From an uncultured archaeon (GTDB taxonomy: Archaea > Asgardarchaeota > Thorarchaeia > Thorarchaeales > Thorarchaeaceae): a stretch of 64,000 bases of DNA. Below, in pieces: positions 9,580-19,704 of this stretch (position 1 is its first letter; the number at the start of each line of letters is the position of its first letter). A program made the position numbers and the translations under genes. The stretch spans positions 32,001 through 96,000 of the forward strand of contig CAZLEV010000012.1 in the NCBI GenBank assembly GCA_964558645.1. Direction: 5' to 3'. A model generated the notes under the pieces. That model was not told the origin of the DNA and made no database searches. It saw only the letters and a program-made list of their open reading frames with translations.

Positions 9580-10923
9580 CTAACCAATTTCTGTTCCCGG
9601 ATTGTTCGTCGTGGAGAACAGCCGACCCCCTATGAATATGACCAGAAGAGACAGTAGTTCGATAACTGACGCAAGCACAAAGGCCGTGATGAAATCCGCA
9701 TAGAGGAGAGCTAGTCCAAGAACAACAGGCCCGGCAATCATCCCGATGTTCCCGAAGAGGTTGAACAGCCCCATCCCGGTTGCACTATCGACAGGAGAAA
9801 CAGAGTCTCCGATCCATGCCATGGTAGGAGGAGCTGTAAAACCTGAGAAGATGCCCAGGAATATCAATGTCACAATGAGAGCGGAGAGGGATAGATGGCC
9901 AGCGACCCCCACCAATCCAAGAACCAATGCGTAGGAAACACTCCCGAAGATCACGAGTTTACGCCTTCCGATTCTGTCAGACATTCGGCCGACTGGATAT
10001 TGTAGAAGGATGAATGGTGTCGCAAAGAGACCGAGGATCATTCCACGGAGCGACTCAGAAACCCCCAGAAGCTGAACCAGCATTAGTGGAAGCGCCGTCA
10101 ACAAGAAACCCATATGCAGTCGGTCTACGAAGTTGACAGTACAAGGAATCACAACCTGTGGGGACCGCTTCGCAAGAAGCACGCTTTGAGTCACAGATGG
10201 ACGAGACTCCAGATGTCGGGGTTCACCTATCCCTGCAAATCCAACGATGAATACGGTGAGGCTGAGAATTGCAGCGCCGTAGTAAGGAAGGAAGACACCC
10301 TGTTCCGCCAACACACCTCCAACAATTGGTCCCGTACCCATAGCGGCGGCCATGAATGCTCCAAAGATGCCCATGTTCTTGCCTCGATTCTCAGAAGTGG
10401 AGTTATCGAGAACAAGTGTCATCAAGGTCTGCCAGACCAACACCGTGAACGCTCCCTGAGTGAATCTGAGAATGAGCAGCAAAGAGTAATCGAGCACCGT
10501 AGTCATAAGCCAGTAGAATACCGATGCGCCAAGAGCGCCTGTCACCACGAGCATCTTCCTCTTCCCGTACCTATCAGAGAGAAGACCGCCTATCAGTCCG
10601 AAGATCAGGTACGAGAGGTAGAGCACTGTATCAAAGAGCGAGTACTGAAACTCTGACACTGCTGGAAATCTTGCGAGAATGAACTCCGGCTCATTTGTGT
10701 AGAGTAATGCCGCTCCAGTCACAGTGAACAAGACCAGGATGCCTAAAAGCACAACCTGTTTGGCTTCTGTCAAATCTTCTTGCCTTGCCTCCATCTTTAC
10801 CAGAAACATTCCACACATTGACGTGATAATAAAGCTCGCCATTCCGTCCAAGGCCAATTCTGCCCTAACATTAGAATCTCCCTTGTCCACAATAGCTGTC
10901 GATTTTTCGAATACCATCTTCAT
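9580..10923 (-). CDS. MFS transporter
   Basis: About 12 TM helices; GLLSDRYGKR and GRMSDRIGRR motif A. True start probably near MEARQED (~10794). Confidence 0.9.
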   Translation of the reverse strand: MKMVFEKSTAIVDKGDSNVRAELALDGMASFIITSMCGMFLVKMEARQEDLTEAKQVVLLGILVLFTVTGAALLYTNEPEFILARFPAVSEFQYSLFDTVLYLSYLIFGLIGGLLSDRYGKRKMLVVTGALGASVFYWLMTTVLDYSLLLILRFTQGAFTVLVWQTLMTLVLDNSTSENRGKNMGIFGAFMAAAMGTGPIVGGVLAEQGVFLPYYGAAILSLTVFIVGFAGIGEPRHLESRPSVTQSVLLAKRSPQVVIPCTVNFVDRLHMGFLLTALPLMLVQLLGVSESLRGMILGLFATPFILLQYPVGRMSDRIGRRKLVIFGSVSYALVLGLVGVAGHLSLSALIVTLIFLGIFSGFTAPPTMAWIGDSVSPVDSATGMGLFNLFGNIGMIAGPVVLGLALLYADFITAFVLASVIELLSLLVIFIGGRLFSTTNNPGTEIG

Positions 10924-11788
10924 TGAGTGTCAAAAGAGTATTCACAATAGTTACTTTTAATCAAATGCTCACCGATGCAGTTATGTCTTCATGCTCCTTT
11001 ACTTGTCCTTATACGTACCAAATATCGGACTATAAAACCAACAACTGTTTAGACTTAGTATCGATATATCAATATAATCAACGTCATAGATTTACCAATT
11101 CTTGCCGCTCGAGATCAGGCATCCTGATACTAATAGATGAAACCAAAATCGCACCACATACTCACTTATCATGTTATAGTGTCTGCTCACCAGGAAGGCA
11201 AGCAAATAGGGGGGATTATCCTCGTGAAAGCTACCCAATACACACCTACTGAGTATGGATCAGCCATAGGTTCCGCCTTTTAGTCTGCATCTGTACCCAG
11301 AAAATAAATACAAATCATTAGGTGGCTGGAGTAGCTCTTGGAGAATGTATCCAAGAACCAGCTCTTCGATTAGCAGTACATTGCCAGCCGATTAGGAGTT
11401 AAGACGCGAAATGGGCTCCTCCACCTTCCTCTGAATTCCGTTGAATGTCAATGAGTGAAAGGAATATCTATCAAAACTGTGTTAGTATAAATCTTTGTGT
11501 AATATAATGGCTACGTAGAAGTCTTTCGAAAAATCGTCAGGAAATGAGTGTTGAGCGGCGTTTCGTAGTATGTGAGAACTGAGGGATCGAAATTAAAGGG
11601 CGACTAGAAGAAGCAGGAGGGGGTTATCACGTATTCATTTATAACGCATTTCGCTCTGTAGGCTGTACGTCCACTTAGATTGAACCCAAGCGACAGAAAG
11701 ATAAGAGAGTATGTCGTGAACAGGACAACTGACCGCCTCGTGTCAAGGGACTACTAGTGCGAAAGCAGCAAGGGACGTACAGGGAGAA

Positions 11789-12151
11789 ATGGTGTCCATA
11801 TTCATAATCGACGATGAAGCGATTCTTCACAGATTGTATAAGGACGTGTTTGCAATCAAGGGACACCATGTTGTAGCTGATGCTTTTGATGGCGAAGAAG
11901 CGATCAGGACCTATGAGAATCTTGAGCCAAGACCCGACGTAATCATCCTGGACCATAGAATGCCAAACAAGGATGGTCTCGAAGCAATGTCTGAGATTCT
12001 AAGTATAGATCCCGATGCTCGGATAGTCTTCATCAGCGCAGATGCAAATGTCAGAGATCAAGCACTCAGAGGCGGGGCTGTGAGTTTTGGGCTGAAACCG
12101 GTCACAATCAGACATATGTTGGACTTGGTTGAAGGCGCCGCTGGCGACTGA
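11789..12151 (+). CDS. Stand-alone response regulator receiver (CheY-like)
   Basis: IIDDE, ILDHRMP, SA and KP motifs intact. Confidence 0.92.
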   Translation: MVSIFIIDDEAILHRLYKDVFAIKGHHVVADAFDGEEAIRTYENLEPRPDVIILDHRMPNKDGLEAMSEILSIDPDARIVFISADANVRDQALRGGAVSFGLKPVTIRHMLDLVEGAAGD

Positions 12152-12572
12152 ATCTTCCATTGAATCCTCGATTTCGAGGGAGGGATCTGCTATCCTCGGC
12201 CAAGATAGAGCTAAGACTGTGGTCATAGCGGGAGAGATACCGTTTCTTAGGTCCCTTCTTAAGATTGCAATAGAAGACGAAGCATTTCAGGTGGTAGGAG
12301 AAGCTTCATCGAGCGATGAGTTACTAACCAAATGCAGAAACCTCGAGCCCGCAATCGTGATTCTGGACTTGGAAATCAATGAGGAGGAAGGCCTTCGTCT
12401 CATAGAATCGATTCTGGACATCAATCCATCTACTACTGTCATAGCACTATCAGAACCGGGACGGGGTCTGGGAGAGAGTGCATTTGCAGCAGGCGCACGG
12501 GGGATACTACAGAAACCGTTCACCACATTCGATCTGGTAGATATCCTTCGAAAAGTCGCACCTCTGAAATAG
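12129..12572 (+). CDS. Atypical stand-alone receiver domain
   Basis: VVGEAS, VILDLE, QKPF present; acidic DD pocket replaced by GE; start uncertain. Confidence 0.8.
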   Translation: MKAPLATESSIESSISREGSAILGQDRAKTVVIAGEIPFLRSLLKIAIEDEAFQVVGEASSSDELLTKCRNLEPAIVILDLEINEEEGLRLIESILDINPSTTVIALSEPGRGLGESAFAAGARGILQKPFTTFDLVDILRKVAPLK

Positions 12573-12720
12573 CACCAGCAACGTAGCATATAACCTACAA
12601 GGAATGCGAAGAGATATCCTAGAATCCTTTTTTTGGCCACATGTCTTCAGCCAGCGTCAGAGGACTAGTGCAGATACTACGCGAGGATTCAGATCAGCAG
12701 AAATGGATGACTGACCAAGA

Positions 12721-14304
12721 GTGACAACAAATCCAGTAATCCCGGAATTCATCATGTACAACACCGGACTCACGAGAGATGAAACCAAGTACTTACGTGA
12801 GTCAATCAAAGCACAGGCTAGTAGCGGGAAGGATAGATTCAGACTCTTCACGGATGTACTGATCAATTTCATTGAAAACGAAGACTGGGAGGAAGCCTCA
12901 TCTGATATGCTGGCTATATGCGGTAAGGCCGCCTATCTGCGAGGAAGATATGATCTCAATGAGGTCCTCTCCAATAGCTGCCAAAACCTTGCATGTCGAG
13001 GCTATGCAGCTGCTTCATTCTGTACCCAGAGTCTTGACCCCCGATGGCTTAACAACCTTCGAAACTACGTCAACCACGCATGGCAATCTAAGAGGTATGT
13101 GGTCTTCGCTGAACTGGTCGGCAAGCTGTCGGAGGTATTGATGAACCTCGGTTATGCAGACCAAGCCAGGACCATTGCAGAGGATGGCATTGAACGTGTC
13201 ACTGAATCCACCAAAGCGGATGAGAATCTTCGTTCCAAAGTTCAGGCAGCTCTACTTGAAACAAGACTGATACTTGCTCATCTCGCTGGCCTGGCAAAGA
13301 AGAGAGATGAGGCAATTCTTCGACTCAACTCCGCAGAGGAAACAGCAAAACTCCTTGATCACATCCTCGCGTTAACGGACATAGCATACTACCGAGCAAA
13401 TGTGTTGACATATAGCCATGAATACGAGAAGTCCCTCAGCTATCTCAGGTCATGCATCGGAAAATACGAGCGGATGGGAGTATTGCAGGGAGTTGCCAAT
13501 GCAAGAAACCTAAGAGGCATCATATATCTGAATCTTGGTCAATTGCAGGATGCAAGAGACCAGTTTGAGGAGCTTCTACTAGTTCAGCAGCAGCTTAACA
13601 ATCAGATTGGCCTGGCTAAGACCCTGATTAACGTCGGAGAGGTTGACAAGGCGCTTGGACAGCTCGAGCAGATGGAAAGCTACAACCAACGAGCTTTGGA
13701 GATCAGTCAAGAAGCCGAGTATATGCGAGGAATGGCCATTGCAAAAACAAATCTGGGCGATGTAGCACTTCGAAAGGGAGAATTCAGCAAGGCAATAGGT
13801 CTCTATAAGGAGGTCATGAATATTGCCGATAGGGCAGGTCTACTCGCAATACACATGGCCGTGCTATTTCAGCTAGGCGACACATACCATCTACAATGCA
13901 ACATGAATCAGGCAATGCATGCATATTCCAAGGCAAGGAAGGTCGCTGAGGAGATATTATATCCTCTCGCACAGTATCACGCTGATGTCAGTGAACTTAT
14001 CTCTACTCTCAGTACAGACACAGCACCTTCCTCAGAACTCATTGAGAAGATAAGGAAGAGTCTTCCAGACCGCAAGATATGGGATGAGGCCGGTGATTCA
14101 ACTCCAATGATAGAGGTACGAAGAAAAGTGTTTGATGACAGTTCGATTGATAGCGACTTGTGCATCTTCTTTGATCCGGAGAAGAACTACGAGTGTAGAG
14201 TCGAACGGACTGCTCTCGAAAAGGAGTGTTTCGGGAACCTTTACTGGATGGGCGGGCTATGTCCCCACTTCAATGAGTTCCTTGATACGCTCAAGTCCCT
14301 GTGA
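12721..14304 (+). CDS. Tetratricopeptide repeat protein with C-terminal Cys4 cluster
   Basis: MalT/LGN-type TPRs (ANARNLRGIIYLNLG, AKTLINVGEV, AIAKTNLGDV); four Cys near the C-terminus. Confidence 0.85.
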   Translation: MTTNPVIPEFIMYNTGLTRDETKYLRESIKAQASSGKDRFRLFTDVLINFIENEDWEEASSDMLAICGKAAYLRGRYDLNEVLSNSCQNLACRGYAAASFCTQSLDPRWLNNLRNYVNHAWQSKRYVVFAELVGKLSEVLMNLGYADQARTIAEDGIERVTESTKADENLRSKVQAALLETRLILAHLAGLAKKRDEAILRLNSAEETAKLLDHILALTDIAYYRANVLTYSHEYEKSLSYLRSCIGKYERMGVLQGVANARNLRGIIYLNLGQLQDARDQFEELLLVQQQLNNQIGLAKTLINVGEVDKALGQLEQMESYNQRALEISQEAEYMRGMAIAKTNLGDVALRKGEFSKAIGLYKEVMNIADRAGLLAIHMAVLFQLGDTYHLQCNMNQAMHAYSKARKVAEEILYPLAQYHADVSELISTLSTDTAPSSELIEKIRKSLPDRKIWDEAGDSTPMIEVRRKVFDDSSIDSDLCIFFDPEKNYECRVERTALEKECFGNLYWMGGLCPHFNEFLDTLKSL

Positions 14305-14430
14305 ATGCAGTGGTCAACTAAGCAATGGTATGAAGCATAGCTTCGTTCTTAAGGGGGATATGCAACCGTTTCACAGCACGAATACCCCCTGGCCCAGGAG
14401 GCTCAAGTGTGGTTGAAGAGGAATGCAGCC

Positions 14431-14835
14431 ATGAACGACGAAGCCAAAGAGAAGACAATCCTAATAGTTGATGACGAGAAGGTAACTGTCAAGCTGGCAA
14501 AGACTCTTTTTGAACGTCATGGATTCAATGTTCTCACTGCTTATGACGGCAGTGAAGCACTGAGAGTAGCTGAATCCGGCCGACCGGACCTCATTCTACT
14601 TGATGTGATGCTCCCAGAACTCGACGGGTTTGAGGTCTGTCGGAGACTTCGGTCTCAGACTACCTTTGAAAAGACTCCAATCCTTATGTTTACTGCACGA
14701 GGGCTGATGGAAGACAGAGAGAAAGGAAAGGAGCTCGGCGCTGATGAATACATAGTCAAGCCGTTCCAGGGCAGCGAACTGGTTGAGATTATCAAGAAAC
14801 ATCTGGCAACACCCCACGAGTCACCCAAGAATTGA
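14431..14835 (+). CDS. Stand-alone response regulator receiver
   Basis: ILIVDDE, PDLILLDVMLPELDG, TA, KPF. Likely start ATG 14431 (ORF track 14407). Confidence 0.93.
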   Translation: MNDEAKEKTILIVDDEKVTVKLAKTLFERHGFNVLTAYDGSEALRVAESGRPDLILLDVMLPELDGFEVCRRLRSQTTFEKTPILMFTARGLMEDREKGKELGADEYIVKPFQGSELVEIIKKHLATPHESPKN

Positions 14836-14895
14836 ATGGCAACTATGATGCCCAACAGGGGTGGCTTCATTCTCAGTCACTCTGTTAATCTCTGA

Positions 14896-15067
14896 GAACG
14901 ACATCGTTCGCCTCCCGAAACATAACGTCAGGCTAAACTGACAACACCTTCGATGAATGCCGTTCTCTTTTTTTCTGGGAAGATATGAAATGTCGTATGT
15001 GGATGAGCTAGGCACGTGGCTCTGCTCAAGACATAATCGCTCTAAGGCAGCATATCACATTAGAGCC
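14896..15067. ncRNA. Candidate structured non-coding element D, apparent homolog of element A
   Basis: Collinear motifs shared with 2607-2687 (CCTCCCG.AACA, CTAAA, ATGAATGCC, GCTCTGCTC); hairpins GAACG/CGTTC, GTCAG/CTGAC, GCTCTAA/TTAGAGC. Confidence 0.35.
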
Positions 15068-15085
15068 GATGTTTCGACTTCACCT

Positions 15086-15772
15086 TTATTCTCTCTGAGG
15101 TTCATCAATTCGATCCATGAAATCGTCAAAGAGCTGAAGTATCTCGTTAACGGACTGAGCCCATGTCCTCCTCACGATATCGGTGGTTTCGGGAACTCCT
15201 CGCTTCACAGGATTCAGGATTGAACGTAGCTCTCTACATGTATCAGAGTCAAAGGAGCAATCCGACAGTATCTGTTCAATCCGGGCAATGACCTGACCGC
15301 GTTTGTATGCATATCTCATCCTCTCTTCATCAAGCTCTGAGAGTCTTCCATTTATCTTCCCGAGATCATCCAGGAGATGTCGGATTTCCTGCACTTCTGC
15401 CAACTGTCTTCCTCGAGTCTTCGATTTCGGTTCCAGCTCTAGAAAGGAGGTCTTACCTGGACTCAGCCTAATGACAAATGAGTTGGGGAGAATAGTGGTT
15501 GAGAGACCAAAGCTAACAGTGAGAGTGTAGTATGTGCGATCAGGTCCTACATCACTTGCCCCAGCCTTGTGGCTCACAAGCCCAGCATCCTCCAGAGCCT
15601 CAAGATGCTTTAGGACAACCCGACGATTCATGTCGAGGAGCTTACTCAATTCGTATGGATAGCGCCGTCCTTGAGCAAGCAGTCTCAGGATTCTGCGTCT
15701 TGTCGTGTGACCTAAGGCCTTGAAGACCTTGTCCAAGTCATATTGCTCGTCAGTGGACATTCCAATCACCAC
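15086..15772 (-). CDS. ArsR-family wHTH regulator, Phr/HSR (archaeal heat-shock regulator)-like
   Basis: ALGHTTRRRILRLL..YPYELS..KHLEALEDAGLV..GPDRTYY plus C-terminal coiled coil; likely start 15760. Confidence 0.8.
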   Translation of the reverse strand: MVIGMSTDEQYDLDKVFKALGHTTRRRILRLLAQGRRYPYELSKLLDMNRRVVLKHLEALEDAGLVSHKAGASDVGPDRTYYTLTVSFGLSTTILPNSFVIRLSPGKTSFLELEPKSKTRGRQLAEVQEIRHLLDDLGKINGRLSELDEERMRYAYKRGQVIARIEQILSDCSFDSDTCRELRSILNPVKRGVPETTDIVRRTWAQSVNEILQLFDDFMDRIDEPQRE

Positions 15773-16126
15773 ATCAATAGTCTGTATGTTCTTCTGAGCT
15801 GTCCATTACAGGGAGTCTACTCCGTTCCACGCAGTGCAGAGAAACACCACCCACTCTCGAAGAAGCGTGTCCGGCTGCTATCAAGATGGATGATGTCCAT
15901 TCAGGGGAATTGGCTTTCTCTTCTTTTGAGAGTAAGGTCTCCATGTAGTTCACTGTCTTCCCGTTCAGTCTCAGTTCCAATTAATCAGACTCTAGTGTCT
16001 GTTTAGTCCCTAGCATTAAAAACGATTCGTTAGTAACAAAAGAACCAAACTGAATCAGACCGTTGGAAAAGAACAGCTCTTAGGAAACATCATGCTAAGC
16101 AGATCCACATAACATTGAGAGAGCGG

Positions 16127-16411
16127 TTAACTAGGCTCGTCGGCATTGACTGCGTCTGTGATATTGTCCCGTTTGTCGTATAGAGGGCCATGCCCTGTCA
16201 GGAACCCAGATGCAACGCCCTCCTTGGAGGAGATAACCGGTCTTGATGCTCGTACAAGTAGATACCTCAGGAACTGGAGATCTGTGACTTTCTCTCCAAC
16301 GCGGCGTTGGTATCGCATTTTCTCCTCTTCCCACGCGAGAACGTCATGTTCTGTGAGCCCTTTCAGTAGCTTGTTCTTTGAACCCTTAACCTGCCTCAAA
16401 TTCGTCACCAA
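16127..16411 (-). CDS. Small hypothetical protein (possible DNA-binding)
   Basis: 94-aa ORF filling the gap; basic helical segment TDLQFLRYLL. Confidence 0.5.
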   Translation of the reverse strand: MVTNLRQVKGSKNKLLKGLTEHDVLAWEEEKMRYQRRVGEKVTDLQFLRYLLVRASRPVISSKEGVASGFLTGHGPLYDKRDNITDAVNADEPS

Positions 16412-16482
16412 GTTAACTAGGTTAGAGGGTTAACCATCTATAGTTCTCTGTACTATCGGCGTCATACTCCGAAAACAGAAAA

Positions 16483-17667
16483 TCATGACTGATTGTGATT
16501 TGACTCCTCCTCTTCCGTCGAAGAGATTCCCTTCTGGGACGGTTTCTCTTTCGAACTCTCGGCTGGCTTGAAGGATGCAACAGCCGAAGGCTCAATTGGC
16601 TTCTCGGGAGTTTGGGCGATAACCTGTGGTGGAGGATGATGATACAGAGTGGTAGTTCCAGTCTTCTGAAACTCTGTCACTGCCTTCCATGTGGCAGACT
16701 TGTCTGCTATGGCAGTTAGTTTCTTGATTCGGAACATGATGATTGCAGATATGTCTATGATCACGATGTTCATTACAAGAAGCATCAATGATCCAATACC
16801 GATTTGCATCAATGCCGCTGACGAGCTGACAAGTCCCAGAACTATCATGAGCCCAACATTGACAGCTGGTGGCATCAGAGCAGCAGATATCGCAACACCG
16901 ACCAGTGTTGACATATCGCCACGTGTCATAGAAACAGCAACTGCCGCACCCGAGAATATGGCAACCCCGACATCGAGAGGGCTGAAGCCTGCTCTCCGAG
17001 TGATCTCAGTGAGAACACCGCCGTCTATGTCTGACAGAACCGTCGGAATCAGGGCGGGATATACCAGGGGTAGAACAAGTGCCATAGCCGCGCCTACAGC
17101 AAAGGACAGGGCAAGTGCAATCATCTCATTCCGAGTGCCTTGGATAAACAAGGAGTGATCGCCTAGGACGTAACCAAGTGCAACACCGAGCATCGGTCCC
17201 ATGAGCGGTGACAGCAGCATGGAAGCAACGATGACGGTAACATTGTTTTGTGCCAGGCCCAAGCCTGCCATCAAAGCTGCCAGCATAACAAATGCAATGA
17301 AATCAAAACTGAGCGAGGCCTGCCGCCTCACATTGTCATATATCTCTTCAACTGCCAAGGCTGCCTCTCGCTGAATTCGCTTCTCGCCGCTCTCGTCGGC
17401 CTCACGAGGGAGGGATGTTCTCAAATCCATGATGTCTATGAAACCGTATTCTACCCCAACACCGCGACTTTTTAGCTTCTCAACAGTCTCTAATACTGCG
17501 TCGTCAGGTATCCTGAACTGCATTATGTGTGCTGTATCAGTGGCGAATCGCAGTACATTCTTGACATTCAGGTTATCTATTACAAAACCAAACACAGGCT
17601 CAGTCTTGTCATAGGGTACCACAATCTGGACTTGCTTCAATACAGTAGCAGCTCCGAGAACTAGCAT
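16483..17667 (-). CDS. DUF389 / TIGR00341 family membrane protein
   Basis: VIVASMLLSPLMGP and LVGVAISAALMPP motifs. Confidence 0.88.
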   Translation of the reverse strand: MLVLGAATVLKQVQIVVPYDKTEPVFGFVIDNLNVKNVLRFATDTAHIMQFRIPDDAVLETVEKLKSRGVGVEYGFIDIMDLRTSLPREADESGEKRIQREAALAVEEIYDNVRRQASLSFDFIAFVMLAALMAGLGLAQNNVTVIVASMLLSPLMGPMLGVALGYVLGDHSLFIQGTRNEMIALALSFAVGAAMALVLPLVYPALIPTVLSDIDGGVLTEITRRAGFSPLDVGVAIFSGAAVAVSMTRGDMSTLVGVAISAALMPPAVNVGLMIVLGLVSSSAALMQIGIGSLMLLVMNIVIIDISAIIMFRIKKLTAIADKSATWKAVTEFQKTGTTTLYHHPPPQVIAQTPEKPIEPSAVASFKPAESSKEKPSQKGISSTEEEESNHNQS

Positions 17668-17846
17668 GATGCACTCTTGGCACGATTATTAAGGATTTCT
17701 CGACTACTCACTTCTGTACATCGACACGGTCTGTATTGCTTGTAATACACACTTCACTGCCGTTTCTGCTACCTTGAACATCGCGGGTCGTCGCGTAAAC
17801 CTCACATCGACCGTGTGACTACATGGAACATAACAGCTTGCACAGG

Positions 17847-18515
17847 TCATCCGAAAGAACCCGTAAGCAATGAGATCAACCACATGATAAGAATGAGTAC
17901 CAATCCAGTTCCCAAAGTCTTAAGGCCATATACATAGCGATTCCCTCCAGCCACCTTGCCAAGGAAGAGTCCAAGACCAAAGAGCAAACCTACTCCTGCA
18001 ATGATTGACAGATAGAAAGAATCTAGGTAAGGAATCAGACCGATAGCTGCTAGAATCATGGGGGATACGGTGATGATGACCGCAACTGCTGGTGATAAGC
18101 CATTGATGAGCGACACAATCCGCGTCGTTGTCTTCGTAGCCTTTGCATAAGCACTTCGACTCATGTCCGCTAACATCGCTCTCTCAAGTTCCTTGAACTC
18201 CTTTTGACGCTCTGCCTTTTCTGTAAGATACGAGGAACCAATACCAGACACAAACATTGCAACACTGGTCCCGATTGCTGCCAGGAGAGTTGTTGCAAAG
18301 ACAATCTCAACTGGCTGTACAAGGGTGGAGATAATTGCGCCCATCACGATTCCTATCACCGGTAGGACGCCGTCAAATGCGTTCATGGCGAGATACCTAC
18401 GGGCTATCTCCATCCCCCCGGTGAGTTCCAGTTGATCACCTATGCTCGATATGAAGCCAAAATTGCCATCTTCTTGATCTCCAAAGGCATATCCGTCTTC
18501 GTCGCTTTCATCCAT
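17847..18515 (-). CDS. VIT1/CCC1 (TIGR00267-like) membrane protein
   Basis: ARRYLAMNAFDG, SYLTEKAER, LERAML. Confidence 0.82.
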   Translation of the reverse strand: MDESDEDGYAFGDQEDGNFGFISSIGDQLELTGGMEIARRYLAMNAFDGVLPVIGIVMGAIISTLVQPVEIVFATTLLAAIGTSVAMFVSGIGSSYLTEKAERQKEFKELERAMLADMSRSAYAKATKTTTRIVSLINGLSPAVAVIITVSPMILAAIGLIPYLDSFYLSIIAGVGLLFGLGLFLGKVAGGNRYVYGLKTLGTGLVLILIMWLISLLTGSFG

Positions 18516-18735
18516 TCTGATGCAATCCGTCCTGTTACGCCCAACCTATTAAGACCTCCTAATGCATCAAGGCTCCACTTCTTGGCAGAACAAGAGAAAA
18601 GGAAGTCTCAATTTCCTGCATTACTAATTCAGAAAAGCACCTGGAGATTCTGTGAAGACACATATAGGATACATGTTTCCGCTATTTCTAAGGACATCAA
18701 GCTGTGGCTAGACGGGGAAAATAGCTCGACCGACA

Positions 18736-19458
18736 ATGATTTCAGAGAAAGACCAAGTCTGGAGCATTGAGGTCAAGCACTTGGCAGTCATTGAGACTCT
18801 TATCGCATGGTTTGCTCTTTCTCTAACAGGAGCACTTGCTCCAGGTCCCCTATCTGCTGCAGTTGTTATGCAGGCTAACCGACACGGCAGGCTGCATGGG
18901 ATCTTGCCTATGGTTGGCCATGCAATCGTAGAGATCGGTATTGTGGCTGCAATTGTTCTCGGAGTACAGGCACTGACCCTCACGCCCATGGCAATCTCCT
19001 TCATACTCGGATTTGGAGGGGCAGTTATTGTAGTCTTCGGGATGATTGCTCTCAGAAACTATCGCATAACTGACCAGACGAAGAAGCTCGACAGTCCTTC
19101 AGAGATACCAGCGAGCACGGCGCTAGAGGCCACTGCACAGGGCGCAGCAGTGAGTGTTCTGAGTCCCTACTTCCTTCTCTGGTGGTTCGCAGTTGGCTTA
19201 TCATCAGTCACCATGCTTGTTGCCGAGCTTCAGATGGGTGTCGGCACGGTGCTGCTAGCCGGTATCCTCATCTACTTGACACACGTATCCACAGACTTCT
19301 TATTCGGAGCGTTCTTGACAGTGAGTACCGAGAAGGCCACAAAGAAGGCTAGGATCGGAGGCATCAACTGGATCACCTTGATCATTGGCGTCTTTCAGTT
19401 CGTCTTAGGGGGTTGGTTTATGCTCCAGGCTCTACAGATTTGGCTCGGAGCAGGGTGA
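18736..19458 (+). CDS. LysE family exporter
   Basis: LTGALAPGPL, GHAIVE, SPYFLLWW. Confidence 0.85.
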   Translation: MISEKDQVWSIEVKHLAVIETLIAWFALSLTGALAPGPLSAAVVMQANRHGRLHGILPMVGHAIVEIGIVAAIVLGVQALTLTPMAISFILGFGGAVIVVFGMIALRNYRITDQTKKLDSPSEIPASTALEATAQGAAVSVLSPYFLLWWFAVGLSSVTMLVAELQMGVGTVLLAGILIYLTHVSTDFLFGAFLTVSTEKATKKARIGGINWITLIIGVFQFVLGGWFMLQALQIWLGAG

Positions 19459-19704
19459 TCTCCCTATATTCCACGCAAATCACGAAGAAGGATTCCAACG
19501 GTTAATAACTCGGGTCTCTTCATTTCACAAGAGAGTCGTTCCAATCGTCCTGATGAATCGCTGCGCTTGCCCAAATTCTTCACCTCACTGTCGTATTCCG
19601 TGAGAAATTGCTCAATCACCAATAATACTGATTAAGTTCAGCTCAAGAATGAGAGAATCCTACACATGAACACTAAAGTAGGACTCTTTCGTCCGCTCTT
19701 CATC

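Noticed and set aside
15774-15980. 68-aa ORF upstream of the Phr-like regulator
   Set aside because: No recognisable motifs; cannot be distinguished from a long 5' leader
17724-17816. ACACGGTC/GACCGTGT-closed fold and a 10-mer shared with element A
   Set aside because: One helix and one 10-mer are within chance expectation; no tRNA features
19542-19610. CTGATGA...GAAA hammerhead-like core (also C-box-like)
   Set aside because: Stem I would be only 3 nt and the stem II junction is non-canonical; C/D guide spacing does not fit either
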